The position numbers and the translations under genes are program-made. A stretch of 38,195 nt of DNA, taken from Octopus sinensis (taxonomy: Eukaryota). Below the pieces are notes generated by a model. That model worked only from the letters and a program-made list of their open reading frames with translations, was not told the origin of the DNA and made no database searches. Each line of letters starts with the position of its first letter. The stretch's first letter is position 1. Below are positions 1-10,945 of this stretch, piece after piece. The stretch covers positions 1-38,195 of the forward strand of contig NW_021835781.1 in NCBI RefSeq assembly GCF_006345805.1, given 5' to 3'.

Positions 1-550
1 AATACGTAAGAAATAGCACAATTCTCGTGAACAGCAAGAGGCCTCTTGAAAAATCAGTGGTTAACGTTAGTCTTGCAGCATATAATGCATAATGACGTAT
101 AAACTGGCATTGTATCTCACGTAACCCATTATTTATTAATGTGACCCATTATTCATTACTGACAGCTAAATGAACTGAGGCCATGTAGAATAAAGGAAAA
201 TGTTCTTCGCAGAAAGAGAGCACAAGCCACTCGTTATATTTGAGCACACAGCTCAACATTTATCGTTCAATAATCCATATTGTCTCTACAAGCAGCTACG
301 TTGAAGTGTGATTGATGTAATGGAAGCTACATCATCCTATATTGTTATTGAGGGTATGGAGGATGGTAAGAGTGGAGGGAAACTTGAAGAAAGAAAAAGA
401 ATTAAGATGCAATAAGGTTGAAACATATTGTCTTTCCCTGCCACCACCACCACCACCACCACCACCGCCATCACTACCGTCCACACACGAACTCACACGC
501 AAATATAATCCACGGTTCATTCATACCAAGATCAAATTTATTTTATATAG

Positions 551-604
551 TCAAGCATGCCCTTTAAAGTATTATGAGCGCAACCGACGCCATTTTGAGA
601 AACT
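551..604 (+). CDS. Candidate internal exon (54 nt, phase 2-2) of an unidentified gene
   Basis: Acceptor tttattttatatAG, donor ACT|GTAAGT. Only one frame is fully open: QACPLKYYERNRRHFEK(L). No protein family recognised. Confidence 0.3.
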
Positions 605-1224
605 GTAAGTCGAAATGAAGATATTTATACTGTATCTATCGTAGCTGCCTTCATTGAAGTTAAATCATTGCAATAGGAAAATGAAATGTATACACACAGA
701 TTCCGCTTACCAAGAACATAACACCAATATATATCAACAATTTATATTGTTATAACGCATACAATAACAATTTATATTCCCCTGCCTCTGTTCGAGTTTA
801 AAGAGAGAGTGATAGCATATCATTTAGGCGTGGTACATTTGTAAAATAATTCGTGACTCTAAAAGTGCATTAGATATTGCAGCAGACCACAATAATCCCA
901 CTTTTCATCAAATGCAGCAATATTAAATAACACTTAAAGCATGGTTGTGTGAATGTACTGAAATTCTCAAGTGATATTTGAGAAGTTATACAAGAATTCA
1001 GCAGATCTTCAGATCAGAAGGTGACCATACGTGAAATCGAATAACCATCGTTGCATAAAAGTGATGGATGTATGTGTTCGCGCCTTTTTGCATCCATGCG
1101 CTTCGTAACATTATCTGTCAATTCGTAGATGTGTGTGCGTAGGAATATCAAACTTCAGAAGCAGTCAGAAAGACATTTACATGTGCAATGAATGCTTCTG
1201 TGCTGCTGCGGGTATACAAATATA

Positions 1225-1255
1225 TTGAGTGTGTGTGCGTGTGTGCGTGTGTGCG

Positions 1256-1304
<49 letters not shown>

Positions 1305-1431
1305 CTGGGTGATTCTGTTTGTGTGTGCGCGCGTATGTATGCGTGTACATATACATATATATGTATATAGATTGATAGATAGGTATTGATATGGATATAT
1401 ACAACTATGCGTGGTGTTATATTTAATATTA

Positions 1432-1462
<31 letters not shown>

Positions 1463-1680
1463 TATATAATTATATATATATGTATATATGGTGTGGTATA
1501 TATATATATATTATATAATATATATATATATATTATATATATATATATACATGTGTAAATATGCTATATGTATGTATCTAGCTATCTAGCTATTTATCCA
1601 GCAACTGATATATACATATATATATATATATGATATATATATATATATATGATGTGTATGTAATGAATGTTTGATATGAA
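1225..1680. repeat. Compound (GT)n/(GTGC)n/(TA)n/(TATC)n microsatellite block
   Basis: Directly visible simple repeats. Confidence 0.95.
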
Positions 1681-2210
1681 TGTATGTATGTATGTATATA
1701 TGTGTGTATGCATGTGTCTGGATGTGTGTGCTTTTATGGCTCTATATTAACATACGTGCATCTAGATATCTGTCTGATCGAGCACGCATGTATGTATATG
1801 TGTATATCTGTGACTATGCAATATATAGACAGAAGCAAAATACATAACAGATCGTTCTCAAAACCGTTAACTTTCTAACGTCCAGTCCAGCGGGACGTAA
1901 AAACGTAACATAAATACTACCAACATGCAAATACACTCAGTAATAATACATGTAAATGTTTGTTTAACTACCTCTTAGAACCAAAACGAAAACATACTGA
2001 CTGCATTATTCTACCATCGTCTTCGCTCTGACAGCTGAAACAAACGAAAAATAAATCAGAAAGAAGTGCTAAATGCAAAACTGCGAAATACAGCTGAAAA
2101 GGTTTATAAATTATGTAATACGCTCGGTCGGTAAATCTTCAAACGGACTCTCTCACACAATCACACGGCATTTAGTTTTATTATTTTTCTGTTTTTTCTT
2201 CATATATATA

Positions 2211-2370
2211 GATGCAGGCTTTGTGGTTAAGGAGATCGCTTTGCAACAATGTAATTTCGGGTTCAGTTCCACTGCGGGATATCTTGGTCGAGTATCTTCT
2301 ACTATAACCCTCGGTCGAACTAATGTCTTCCGAGTGAATCTGTGACACTGGTAAATGGAAAATTTATGCA
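2211..2370 (+). mobile_element. Diverged tRNA-derived SINE, family B, 5' part
   Basis: gcaggctttgtggttaag...gggttcagttccactgcgg...cttctactataaccctcgg aligns with the younger copies at 19736 and 32518. Confidence 0.75.
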
Positions 2371-2414
2371 TGCATAGTACATACATACATACATTCATAA
2401 ATAGATATATATTC

Positions 2415-2598
2415 GGGGGGAGGGGTTAAGTCTATTAGATCGACACCAGTGCGCAACTGGTACTTAATTTATCAACCTCGAAAGGATGAAAGGCAAAGTC
2501 GACCCCGGCGGAATTTGAACTCAGAATGTAAAGACAGACGAAATAACCGCTAAGCATTTTCGCCCGGCGTGCTAAAGTTTCTGGCAGCTCGCCGCCTC
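2415..2598 (-). mobile_element. tRNA-derived SINE, family A
   Basis: Reverse complement reads ggcggcgagctgccagaaac...ttctgagttcaaattccgccggggtcgactttgcctttcatcc, with a B-box-like GTTCAAATTCC. Many other copies in the window. Confidence 0.9.
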
Positions 2599-2639
2599 CT
2601 TTGCCCAGCTTTTCGACTTTGCATGGAATGAGCTACATT

Positions 2640-3270
2640 CCCCGTATATCTATTTTCTCCACCTGTTTCTATCGCCAGCTTGTACTTCACAGTTTTGAAA
2701 GTCGAGATTGATTTGCGACAGTGAGGCTTTGACACGCTCACTGAAACGATTCTTCCGTTTTTGCTGAGGCCTTTTTTTCCTTCAGCAAGCTCTTAATAAA
2801 GCATTTACGAGGAGATACGACTATCGTCCAGCCGTATCAAATGTCCTGCCAAACGTAGACAGGTCTTGTGTATATGAGCTTCTATGTTGAGTGTGTCAGT
2901 TCATTCCAGTAATTCTGTGCCTGAAACATGTGAGAACCAGTGAATGCCCAAGATCTGTCCCTGGAAGTACAGGTGGAAAAGCTTCAGTAGATTTAAATGT
3001 TTCCTGGTCTGGAAAGAGTAGAGAATGCTTGGAAGTATACAGGCATTATAGACATCTGTCTTCGTTTTCTTTTTCAGGTCTTTCTAGGACTATATGTTGT
3101 CTTAGAGATCAGAAAATGCGTCAGTGGATTTCTTAAGTCGGAGAGATATTTCAGTGTCGTGGGAGCATCGAAAGTTTTTTGTACTACCGAGTAAGATGAA
3201 GTGTTCACCAACTTGCAGACTCTTTCCATCGACATGGATGGAAGGTTCCACACAGGCTGTACCTCGTTCT
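2640..3270 (-). mobile_element. RTE-clade (BovB-like) LINE relic, C-terminal RT region, with stops and a frameshift
   Basis: Manual translation: EPSIHVDGKSLQVGEHFILLGST...EISLRLKKSTDAFSDL*...KTKTDVYNACILPSILYS...ILGIHW...VSGTELLE*...LRLAGHLIRLDDSRISS*MLY*ELAEGK...RFSERVKASL...GDRNRWR. This follows the RTE pattern (F.YLGS, TK..VY...VL..LLYG, LRW.GH..RM.D.R.PK..LYGEL..GKR, DR..WR). Confidence 0.9.
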
Positions 3271-3343
3271 GGTTGAAACAGAAAAAAATGTATTATTCAG
3301 ACTAATTGTCAATTTAAATATTTGGCGTCTATATTCGCTTCAG

Positions 3344-3351
3344 AACCGCAG
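3344..3351 (+). CDS. Candidate 8-nt microexon
   Basis: ctatattcgcttcAG|AACCGCAG|GTAAGG. Its phase bridges the candidate exons 551-604 and 3813-3892. Confidence 0.15.
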
Positions 3352-3394
3352 GTAAGGTCTTTGATGTTAAATGCTTTAATGCAAAGCCGAAGAC

Positions 3395-3510
3395 ATTGCA
3401 GGCCCTTGTTCGAGAGATAGATAACATTGGTTTCAAATTTTAGCACATGACCAGCACTGTTGAGGGAAAGCTTGAGTCGATTAGCTCGACACCAGTGTTC
3501 ATGACTGGGG
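3395..3510 (-). mobile_element. Degenerate SINE family A 3' fragment
   Basis: gcaggcccttg...ggtttcaaattttagcacatgacc...gtcgattagctcgacaccagtg resembles the reverse complement of the family A tail (cf. 11900-11964). Confidence 0.5.
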
Positions 3511-3689
3511 CAACCTGTCTATGAAACACTGCATATCAGCGACAATATGCGAGACCAGGTTGCAAGAGAGGTAGTGGTAGTCGCAGACAAGATTTAAATG
3601 TATTGTCGATTTAGCAACAAAGCGGCGTATTTTGAAAATCTTGCCTGTGCTGCTATATCATACATACGTACATAAATGTATGCATACAT

Positions 3690-3711
3690 AATGTGCGTGT
3701 GTGTGTGCGTG

Positions 3712-3770
<59 letters not shown>

Positions 3771-3772
3771 TT
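3690..3772. repeat. (GT)n microsatellite
   Basis: Directly visible. Confidence 0.95.
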
Positions 3773-3812
3773 GTAGTTTGCATCATATTTTTAAAGAATT
3801 TTAAAACTTCAG

Positions 3813-3892
3813 GAGATAAGAAATACATAGTTTCAACGGTAGAAAACGATTTATTTCTTATCTCTTGGAGTGATAAAGCTATAAATATTGAG
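3813..3892 (+). CDS. Candidate internal exon (80 nt, phase 1-0)
   Basis: ttttaaaacttcAG acceptor, GAG|GTATGG donor. Single open frame (G)DKKYIVSTVENDLFLISWSDKAINIE; the other two frames hit stops. Confidence 0.35.
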
Positions 3893-4019
3893 GTATGGGT
3901 TAATGGCCCAAGGGCAGACATCGATTTTTTTTTACCATGCAAAAAGGTTATAACCAAATAGTCTACACGCCTTTTTTTATATATTTATATACTTCGCGTT
4001 CCACTGTTGAAGACGACAC

Positions 4020-4083
4020 ATACACACACACACATATATACACATATATATATATACATATATACACACGCATACATAAATAT

Positions 4084-4129
<46 letters not shown>

Positions 4130-4161
4130 CGCATACATAAATATGAAATAAAGAAAGAAAG

Positions 4162-4216
<55 letters not shown>

Positions 4217-4218
4217 TA

Positions 4219-4250
<32 letters not shown>
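4020..4250. repeat. (TA)n/(CA)n microsatellite block
   Basis: Directly visible. Confidence 0.95.
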
Positions 4251-4251
<1 letters not shown>

Positions 4252-5084
4252 GCGATAGAGTCAACGTGTATAAGTCCACGTGCATGGGTGCGTGAATGTA
4301 GGCATATTACGGGGCCACTATTGAGCAAAGCTAAGGGATTTGAATTAATTCCAATAGTTAAGGTATCGACGGTTGTATATATATATTTTTTTCAAAACCT
4401 TTTGTCAACTTTCCAGAACATGACTGCCAATAAATCGATGGCATTGCCAACCAATATATTTCAAAGGTTAAACTTTACTTCATATGCGTCTTTCTTTAGG
4501 CGAAAAAAATAATATCAACAACGTTTTAATGAGTTTATTAAGTGCCTCCTAAATAATCCAGCAAGATTATCCTTAAGTCACAACAAAGCAGTCAAAATGT
4601 ATTGTCTTCCTTTTTCTTTTTAGGTTATTTAATGATTTACGTTCTTAAAATTCCAGCAGGATATTTTAGTGTCAAGTCATAGACGTACGATACGGAATAA
4701 TCAGAATTTATCGTTTGAAATCATCTTCTTCAGCTGCCAAATCGCCAACAAAACATTTGAATATTTCAAAGATAACAAAACAGAAGCAAAAAGAAAAAAT
4801 ATAATTTCAAGTCTTCATTAGCTTAATTATTTGTTGTCTTAAGGTGTTTTATCAACTCGTCCACATAAATCATTGATAGAAAAAAAAAGATTAATAATTG
4901 TGTTTTCTAAACATTCGCCATTTCTTTATATATTTGGTTGACGAAAATGTTTTCTGTCGTGCTTGGATATATATGTTTCTGTACCATCATCCCCACTGGC
5001 TAATTTATTGATTCTAAATACACTTTTTCTGTTAACAATGTCAACTCTGCTAGCTTATTCCTTCCGGTTTCAGAGGCTGTGTAT

Positions 5085-5085
5085 A

Positions 5086-5139
<54 letters not shown>

Positions 5140-5205
5140 AAGAAGAAGATGAAGAAGAAGTAGTTGAAGAAGAAGAAGAAGAAGAAGAAGAAGAAAAAGA
5201 AGAAG
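5085..5205. repeat. (AAT)n followed by (GAA)n
   Basis: Directly visible. Confidence 0.95.
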
Positions 5206-5493
5206 AAGATGGTGCCATGGGAACTGCTCATATCCTACGCAAAATACTGTCTATGTAATCTCAAGTTTTAAAACAAACATAATTTTCGTATGGTTATTTA
5301 GACATTCACTAGTACAACGCTAAGTACAAAACCAAATATATGGCACACTAGGCATAACACCAACATGAACTTCCAACTTCTTGTCTCTTGAAGTGTCTGA
5401 GTGAGACTTGGAGCCAAATTGTACAAATGTAAAGCAAAAGTCAAACATAGATTAATAACAATAATAATAATATTATTAATAATAATAATAATG

Positions 5494-5536
<43 letters not shown>
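5206..5536 (+). mobile_element. 5'-truncated R4/Dong-like non-LTR element 3' end, copy 1, with (AAT)n tail
   Basis: Encodes ...MGTAHILRKILSM*, then a 3' UTR ending gcaaaagtcaaacatag and (AAT)n. Paralogous to 5537-5948. Confidence 0.8.
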
Positions 5537-5949
<413 letters not shown>

Positions 5950-6781
5950 GATACTAGTAATGACTCTAGAATTTCAGGAAAGCTTGATCTATCCGTAAAG
6001 TCAAGAATTTTTTTTAATGTTTACAAGTATATAACCTATGCAGTATATACCACAGCAACTGAGAATTTGTTGTTTACGGTAAATTGTAATAGAAAAAGAA
6101 AAAACAAACATATATTATAAGTATTATTACAAAGAAAGATATATGTAATATGTGGTTCTCGTAACATATTCAGATGCATTTCAAAGAGACGACCTTTGAA
6201 ACAGTTACAGTCGTGTATAGTAGGATAACCCTTAGCTGAAATGAATATCAGAATTATGCAAATATAATTCGTTGCTATAGATAACAGTTAACTCATTCCT
6301 TGGACAGAAAGTTTGGGAGATCTCTCAAGAGATTATTTTGTTCAATCGTTAGAATAATGAATTACAGAGAAAGTGATGATAATGATTGATGTTTTTGGTT
6401 TTCTGATGGTTTAGCACTTCTTCAGCTATGATATGAACGATTTATAATTATACTTCTGTGTCTAGAACCACATTATCAAATATAATATTTCATTAAGAAA
6501 TTAAAGTGCAATATGAGGTAAATCTAACGGTTATTTCTAGCAATTTGAACAGTCGCTTAATATTCCTAATATTAGTCATAGGCATTAATAATAAGGATAG
6601 TGGTGTGTGTGGAGGGGCTATGTGTCTGATTGTGTGTGCGTGTGGTGTGATGATAATCGCCAATTAGTGATAATAACGATGAAGAATTATGGTGATGATA
6701 ATACCCGTGTACGTACACGTTATTCTGTGTATGAATCGTAATATCTAATTTGACTTCAAATCATTTGTTTTCGTTTTCATT

Positions 6782-6891
6782 GGGTCATGAAAGTAATTGG
6801 TTATCAAAGAAAAGGGTCACAAGGCCGTCGCGTCAGAACATTGGGTCACAAGAGCACTGGGTCAAATGTCAAAATTGATGACCTTTGACTT
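6782..6891. promoter_or_regulatory. Cluster of nuclear-receptor half-sites including two DR1-like elements
   Basis: GGGTCA at 6782, 6814, 6843 and 6859. GGGTCA-a-ATGTCA (6859-6871) and TGACCT-t-TGACTT (6879-6891). Function inferred only. Confidence 0.3.
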
Positions 6892-7392
6892 ACTGTCTTT
6901 GAGAGCTTGTCGATATTTGTCCCGAGGTAACACACTTCTTATTGAGATCAATTTATATTTTCTACTATTTCCGTTTATGTATTCTTTAGGCTTTCGGTTA
7001 TTAGTTTTATTTGATTATATAAGCTATTAGTAACCTTAATGTATTAGATACACTGACATCAAGGTAGTTTCTATTGATTATTAAACAGCAAGGCAATAAA
7101 TATTGATTTCGTACAATAGTACGAAACTAATGTTTCTAAATGAGGCATACTTTCGATTTAACCGTCATCAGAAGAGTGATGATACGTATCAATTATTCAA
7201 CGAAAGCGTTGACGAAACGAGTAGAATTTGAACATTGAGCATATACGAACTGAATTTAATATTGTTACGTATTCCGAATGAGTCTATACATATTTTTTTC
7301 AAACATGCCACCTTCTTCATTTACAAAATATTTCATGAACGCCCGATTGATACAATTTTTTTATGAAATATTAATGCACTTCACTTACGTCA

Positions 7393-7421
7393 TATAGATA
7401 GATAAATAGATATGTAGATAA

Positions 7422-7475
<54 letters not shown>

Positions 7476-7485
7476 CGATAAATAA

Positions 7486-7546
<61 letters not shown>

Positions 7547-7570
7547 CAGATAGATAGATAGGTAGATAGA
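7393..7570. repeat. (GATA)n microsatellite
   Basis: Directly visible. Confidence 0.95.
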
Positions 7571-7649
7571 TATACACATATATATCTATATAACATTAAA
7601 GATATATATATATATGCACACTCATACATATAAAGTGTGTATATGTATG

Positions 7650-7686
<37 letters not shown>

Positions 7687-7699
7687 TAAAAATAAATAC

Positions 7700-8133
7700 A
7701 ACATATGCATATATACATACATATAGGTACGTACCTACCTCTACATGTATATATACATGCATATATGGGTACAGGACACAAAACAAACATCGAACACAAT
7801 GAGAAACGAAAACATAAACACAAAACCAAGGAAATGGTCATTTTTAAACAACGAAAAAATAGAGTACAGGACATACAAAACAAGGAAAATTCTCCTTCTT
7901 CAGTCGCCTTAATTTCATCTACTCCACGGTTCGAAGGTCATATATATATACATATCAATATTTTCTTTCTCCGTCTTCCTTACCTTGGACCTTCCCTTTT
8001 TCTATGTTTCTGATGAAGAGTTCCGCTCGAAACGTTAAATCCTCTACTATCATTCCTCTTCTAAGCGTCCAATAACACTATACTTGTTCTACGCCCTCGT
8101 GTTGTTGTGTTTTCTCTTTGTTCATGTTTGGAT

Positions 8134-8140
<7 letters not shown>
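7700..8140. mobile_element. Probable Penelope-like element terminal-repeat relic
   Basis: Contains the ctgatgaag...cgaaacgtt signature typical of Penelope-like pseudo-LTRs and a second ccttcttcagtcgcc...ttcgaaggtc segment. No RT or GIY-YIG coding sequence is seen. Confidence 0.5.
8006..8040 (+). ncRNA. Minimal type I hammerhead ribozyme-like motif
   Basis: GTTT-CTGATGA-A-GAGT(TCC)GCTC-GAAA-CGT-T-AAAT: intact core, 4-bp stem II, palindromic AACGTT instead of a stem III hairpin, short stem I (GTTT/AAAT). Confidence 0.5.
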
Positions 8141-8179
<39 letters not shown>

Positions 8180-8407
8180 CTCTGTGGCATGGATTCGTGC
8201 ACAAATGATTTAGTTGAGAATTATGATGGAATTATTTTAGCCACCTCCTGCAAAATTCACATTGAATTTGTAAATAAAATGGTGTTTTTTTCCTTCTTCC
8301 TCATACGAGCTTCAACACCGTACACGGCGTCAAAAATCAGCTGAAGCAATTGAATTGACTGTCATAATTCATAGTAAATATGCAAGACAACGTAAAGCAT
8401 TTGAGAG

Positions 8408-8434
8408 TTCTTCTTCTTCTTCTTCTTCTTCTTC

Positions 8435-8481
<47 letters not shown>

Positions 8482-8521
8482 ATTATTATTATTATTATAA
8501 TTATTATCATTATTATTATTA

Positions 8522-8561
<40 letters not shown>

Positions 8562-8569
8562 CATTATTA

Positions 8570-8606
<37 letters not shown>
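8408..8606. repeat. (TTC)n + (TTA)n microsatellite
   Basis: Directly visible. Confidence 0.95.
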
Positions 8607-8912
8607 CTTCTTTCTTTTGTTACTTTATTGTCATTACGTTTTTCTATTTCATATCTTCGAAATTGTATCAATTTTCAGAGATCTTGCGCTTATGCGTACA
8701 TTCTTTTATAGATGTGCGTGTATTTGTGTGTGCATGTATGTCTATATGCATCCATGTATGTATGTACGCATGTATGTATGTATGTGTATATGTATGTATG
8801 TGTCTGAATGAGTGCTCATATTAAACATTCAAAAATTATATAATGTGTGTGTTCCTTGTTGTCTAGTAGAAATTATTGTCTGCGTGTATATCTATCTCTA
8901 TATGTGTGCTTA

Positions 8913-8951
<39 letters not shown>

Positions 8952-9374
8952 TTAAATATTTCTGTCGGTGTCTTTATGCGTTTTTATATCCTTTTGCTTA
9001 AGTATTTGTGTGTGATTTCTAGATGGAAAAAAATCATAGACAGAAATCTTTCTTGTTTCGGTTTTATTTTTTATTTCTCTCTTCAGTTGTTGCAACGAAA
9101 ATAGCAGACGCACCCATACACGCATAAACGCACACATAAATATGTGGACACATAAATACACACGTTCATCCATGTATCAAAAGCACATATTCAAACAAAT
9201 ATATACATCTGTACATGGTTTTTTTTTATCTAATTTCGCCTTTTTTCATGAATTTTTTTTTTTAAAGATTTGATCCTATAATTTATTTAAAATTCTTCAC
9301 AAGAAAGAAGTTATTTAAATACACAAATTCCACTACTATTATTTTTCCTTTCGCGTTCGCTACAGCTGCTAAAG

Positions 9375-9389
9375 ATGGTGATGGTAGTA

Positions 9390-9429
<40 letters not shown>

Positions 9430-9608
9430 GGAGGAGGAGGAGGAGGAGGAGGAGGAGGATTGTGATGATGTTGATGATGATGATGATGATGATGATGACG
9501 ACGACGATGATGATGATGATGATGATGATGGAGGAGGAGGAGGAGGATGAGGAGGAGTGAGAAGGAGAAGAAGAAGAAGAAAAAGAAGAAGAAGAAGAAG
9601 AAGAAGAA
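9375..9608. repeat. Compound (GAT)n/(GAG)n/(GAA)n microsatellite
   Basis: Directly visible. Confidence 0.95.
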
Positions 9609-10945
9609 ACGTAAGGCCAATATATAGATATCATTCTTGCTAAATAAAAACAAATATAGTACATACGATCCATCTTATTTAAGCGGGATATTTCTCATTC
9701 ATATCAATATACATATATACCGTTCGTTGTGATCAGACAATGAGATCCGTGTTTGTGTACTTCTTATCTAATACTTTTAACTTCCGGTTTAACAGCGCCA
9801 TTGTTATTTATACAGGAAAAGTCGCGAAATTGGAAAATACTGTTTCTTACATCCAGTTGATAATGGCACTCATTAAAGACAGACATGTTTTATGTTAGTT
9901 TATAATAAGAATGAGTACTTTCTCAGCATCTGTCGCAGAACTTTTCCATTTTCTTCGTCTTGTTCTTCCACTTATTCTGTTCTTCCTTTTATATTTTCAC
10001 TTAGTACCATCACCTCAATTATTCAGTAGTAGTAGCAGCAGCAGCAGCAGTTGGTTCCTTTCTGGTATCATTTTTATTTGACTGGATGTAGATTATTTTC
10101 CGCAAAGAACGTATATATTTTCCTTGCCAGGGTGCCTATTAACACTTTCCATAAGAGGTTAAGACACAAAATGGGTCGACAATTGGAAACCTCATTGCAT
10201 TTTGACCGATTTTTCATCAACAATTTTATCTTTCCCTCTACCATCCATTCCGGAACTGCACCAGTCTATAAGCACTAGTCTAATTGCAAGCTGATTCGTT
10301 TGTGAGTTGCCATAAACCACTGGAGCCAGCAACCTTAAATTCTACCTGCCGCTGCCGCTCTCAAATTTGGCAGCTTTGATACCTGTGTAATTACATTCTG
10401 CGTTGTTATTCATACATGGTCCTACCTTGGAGCCTGTGAGTGCTGGGGCTCGTATCTCAGTGAATGAATCCACTTAGTACCGTGATTGTGGGAAACCTCT
10501 TGCCCACTTCGGCTCACCTGTATAGAGATATAGGTGATGAATCTCGTCCTCTTTTTTCCCTATGTTATATCCAAATTGAAATTGTTTTGACAAGCAAAGC
10601 AAAGAAAGCAAATGAATAGCAGAATAAAGGCTAGAATTATTGTTCACTTGTAATGTCGAAGCAGATATTCTTGCGAGCCTGGAGCTTAGAGTTATGCTTA
10701 TAGAATTTTCTGTCTTTGTTAGCTTAACACAGTTCGCTACGGTTTCATTGAATTCTATTATTATGATAGCAAGTCGTGTACGATTGAATCAACGAGCTTC
10801 TTCTAATCAATCAAAACACATGACGAGTTCTTTATTAACAACGAAGTAAACAATTACCATGTGGGATTGTGTATAAGTCGCTTGTTGCTTTTTTTTTCTT
10901 TGTAAATGTTTAGTTATAATATCTGATAATGTTTTGAAGTGAACC

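Noticed and set aside
7107-7126. Perfect 8-bp hairpin TTTCGTAC-aata-GTACGAAA (and a similar 9-bp stem at 29584-29610)
   Set aside because: AT-rich, no Helitron-type CTRR end or other context; expected by chance.
7141-7190. Minus-strand CTGATGA...GAAA hammerhead-like string
   Set aside because: Stem II is weak and no stem I/III or cleavage triplet can be formed.
10720-10810. RYGFIEF as an RRM RNP-1 motif
   Set aside because: The frame stops after 24 codons, there is no good donor, and no other RRM elements are present.
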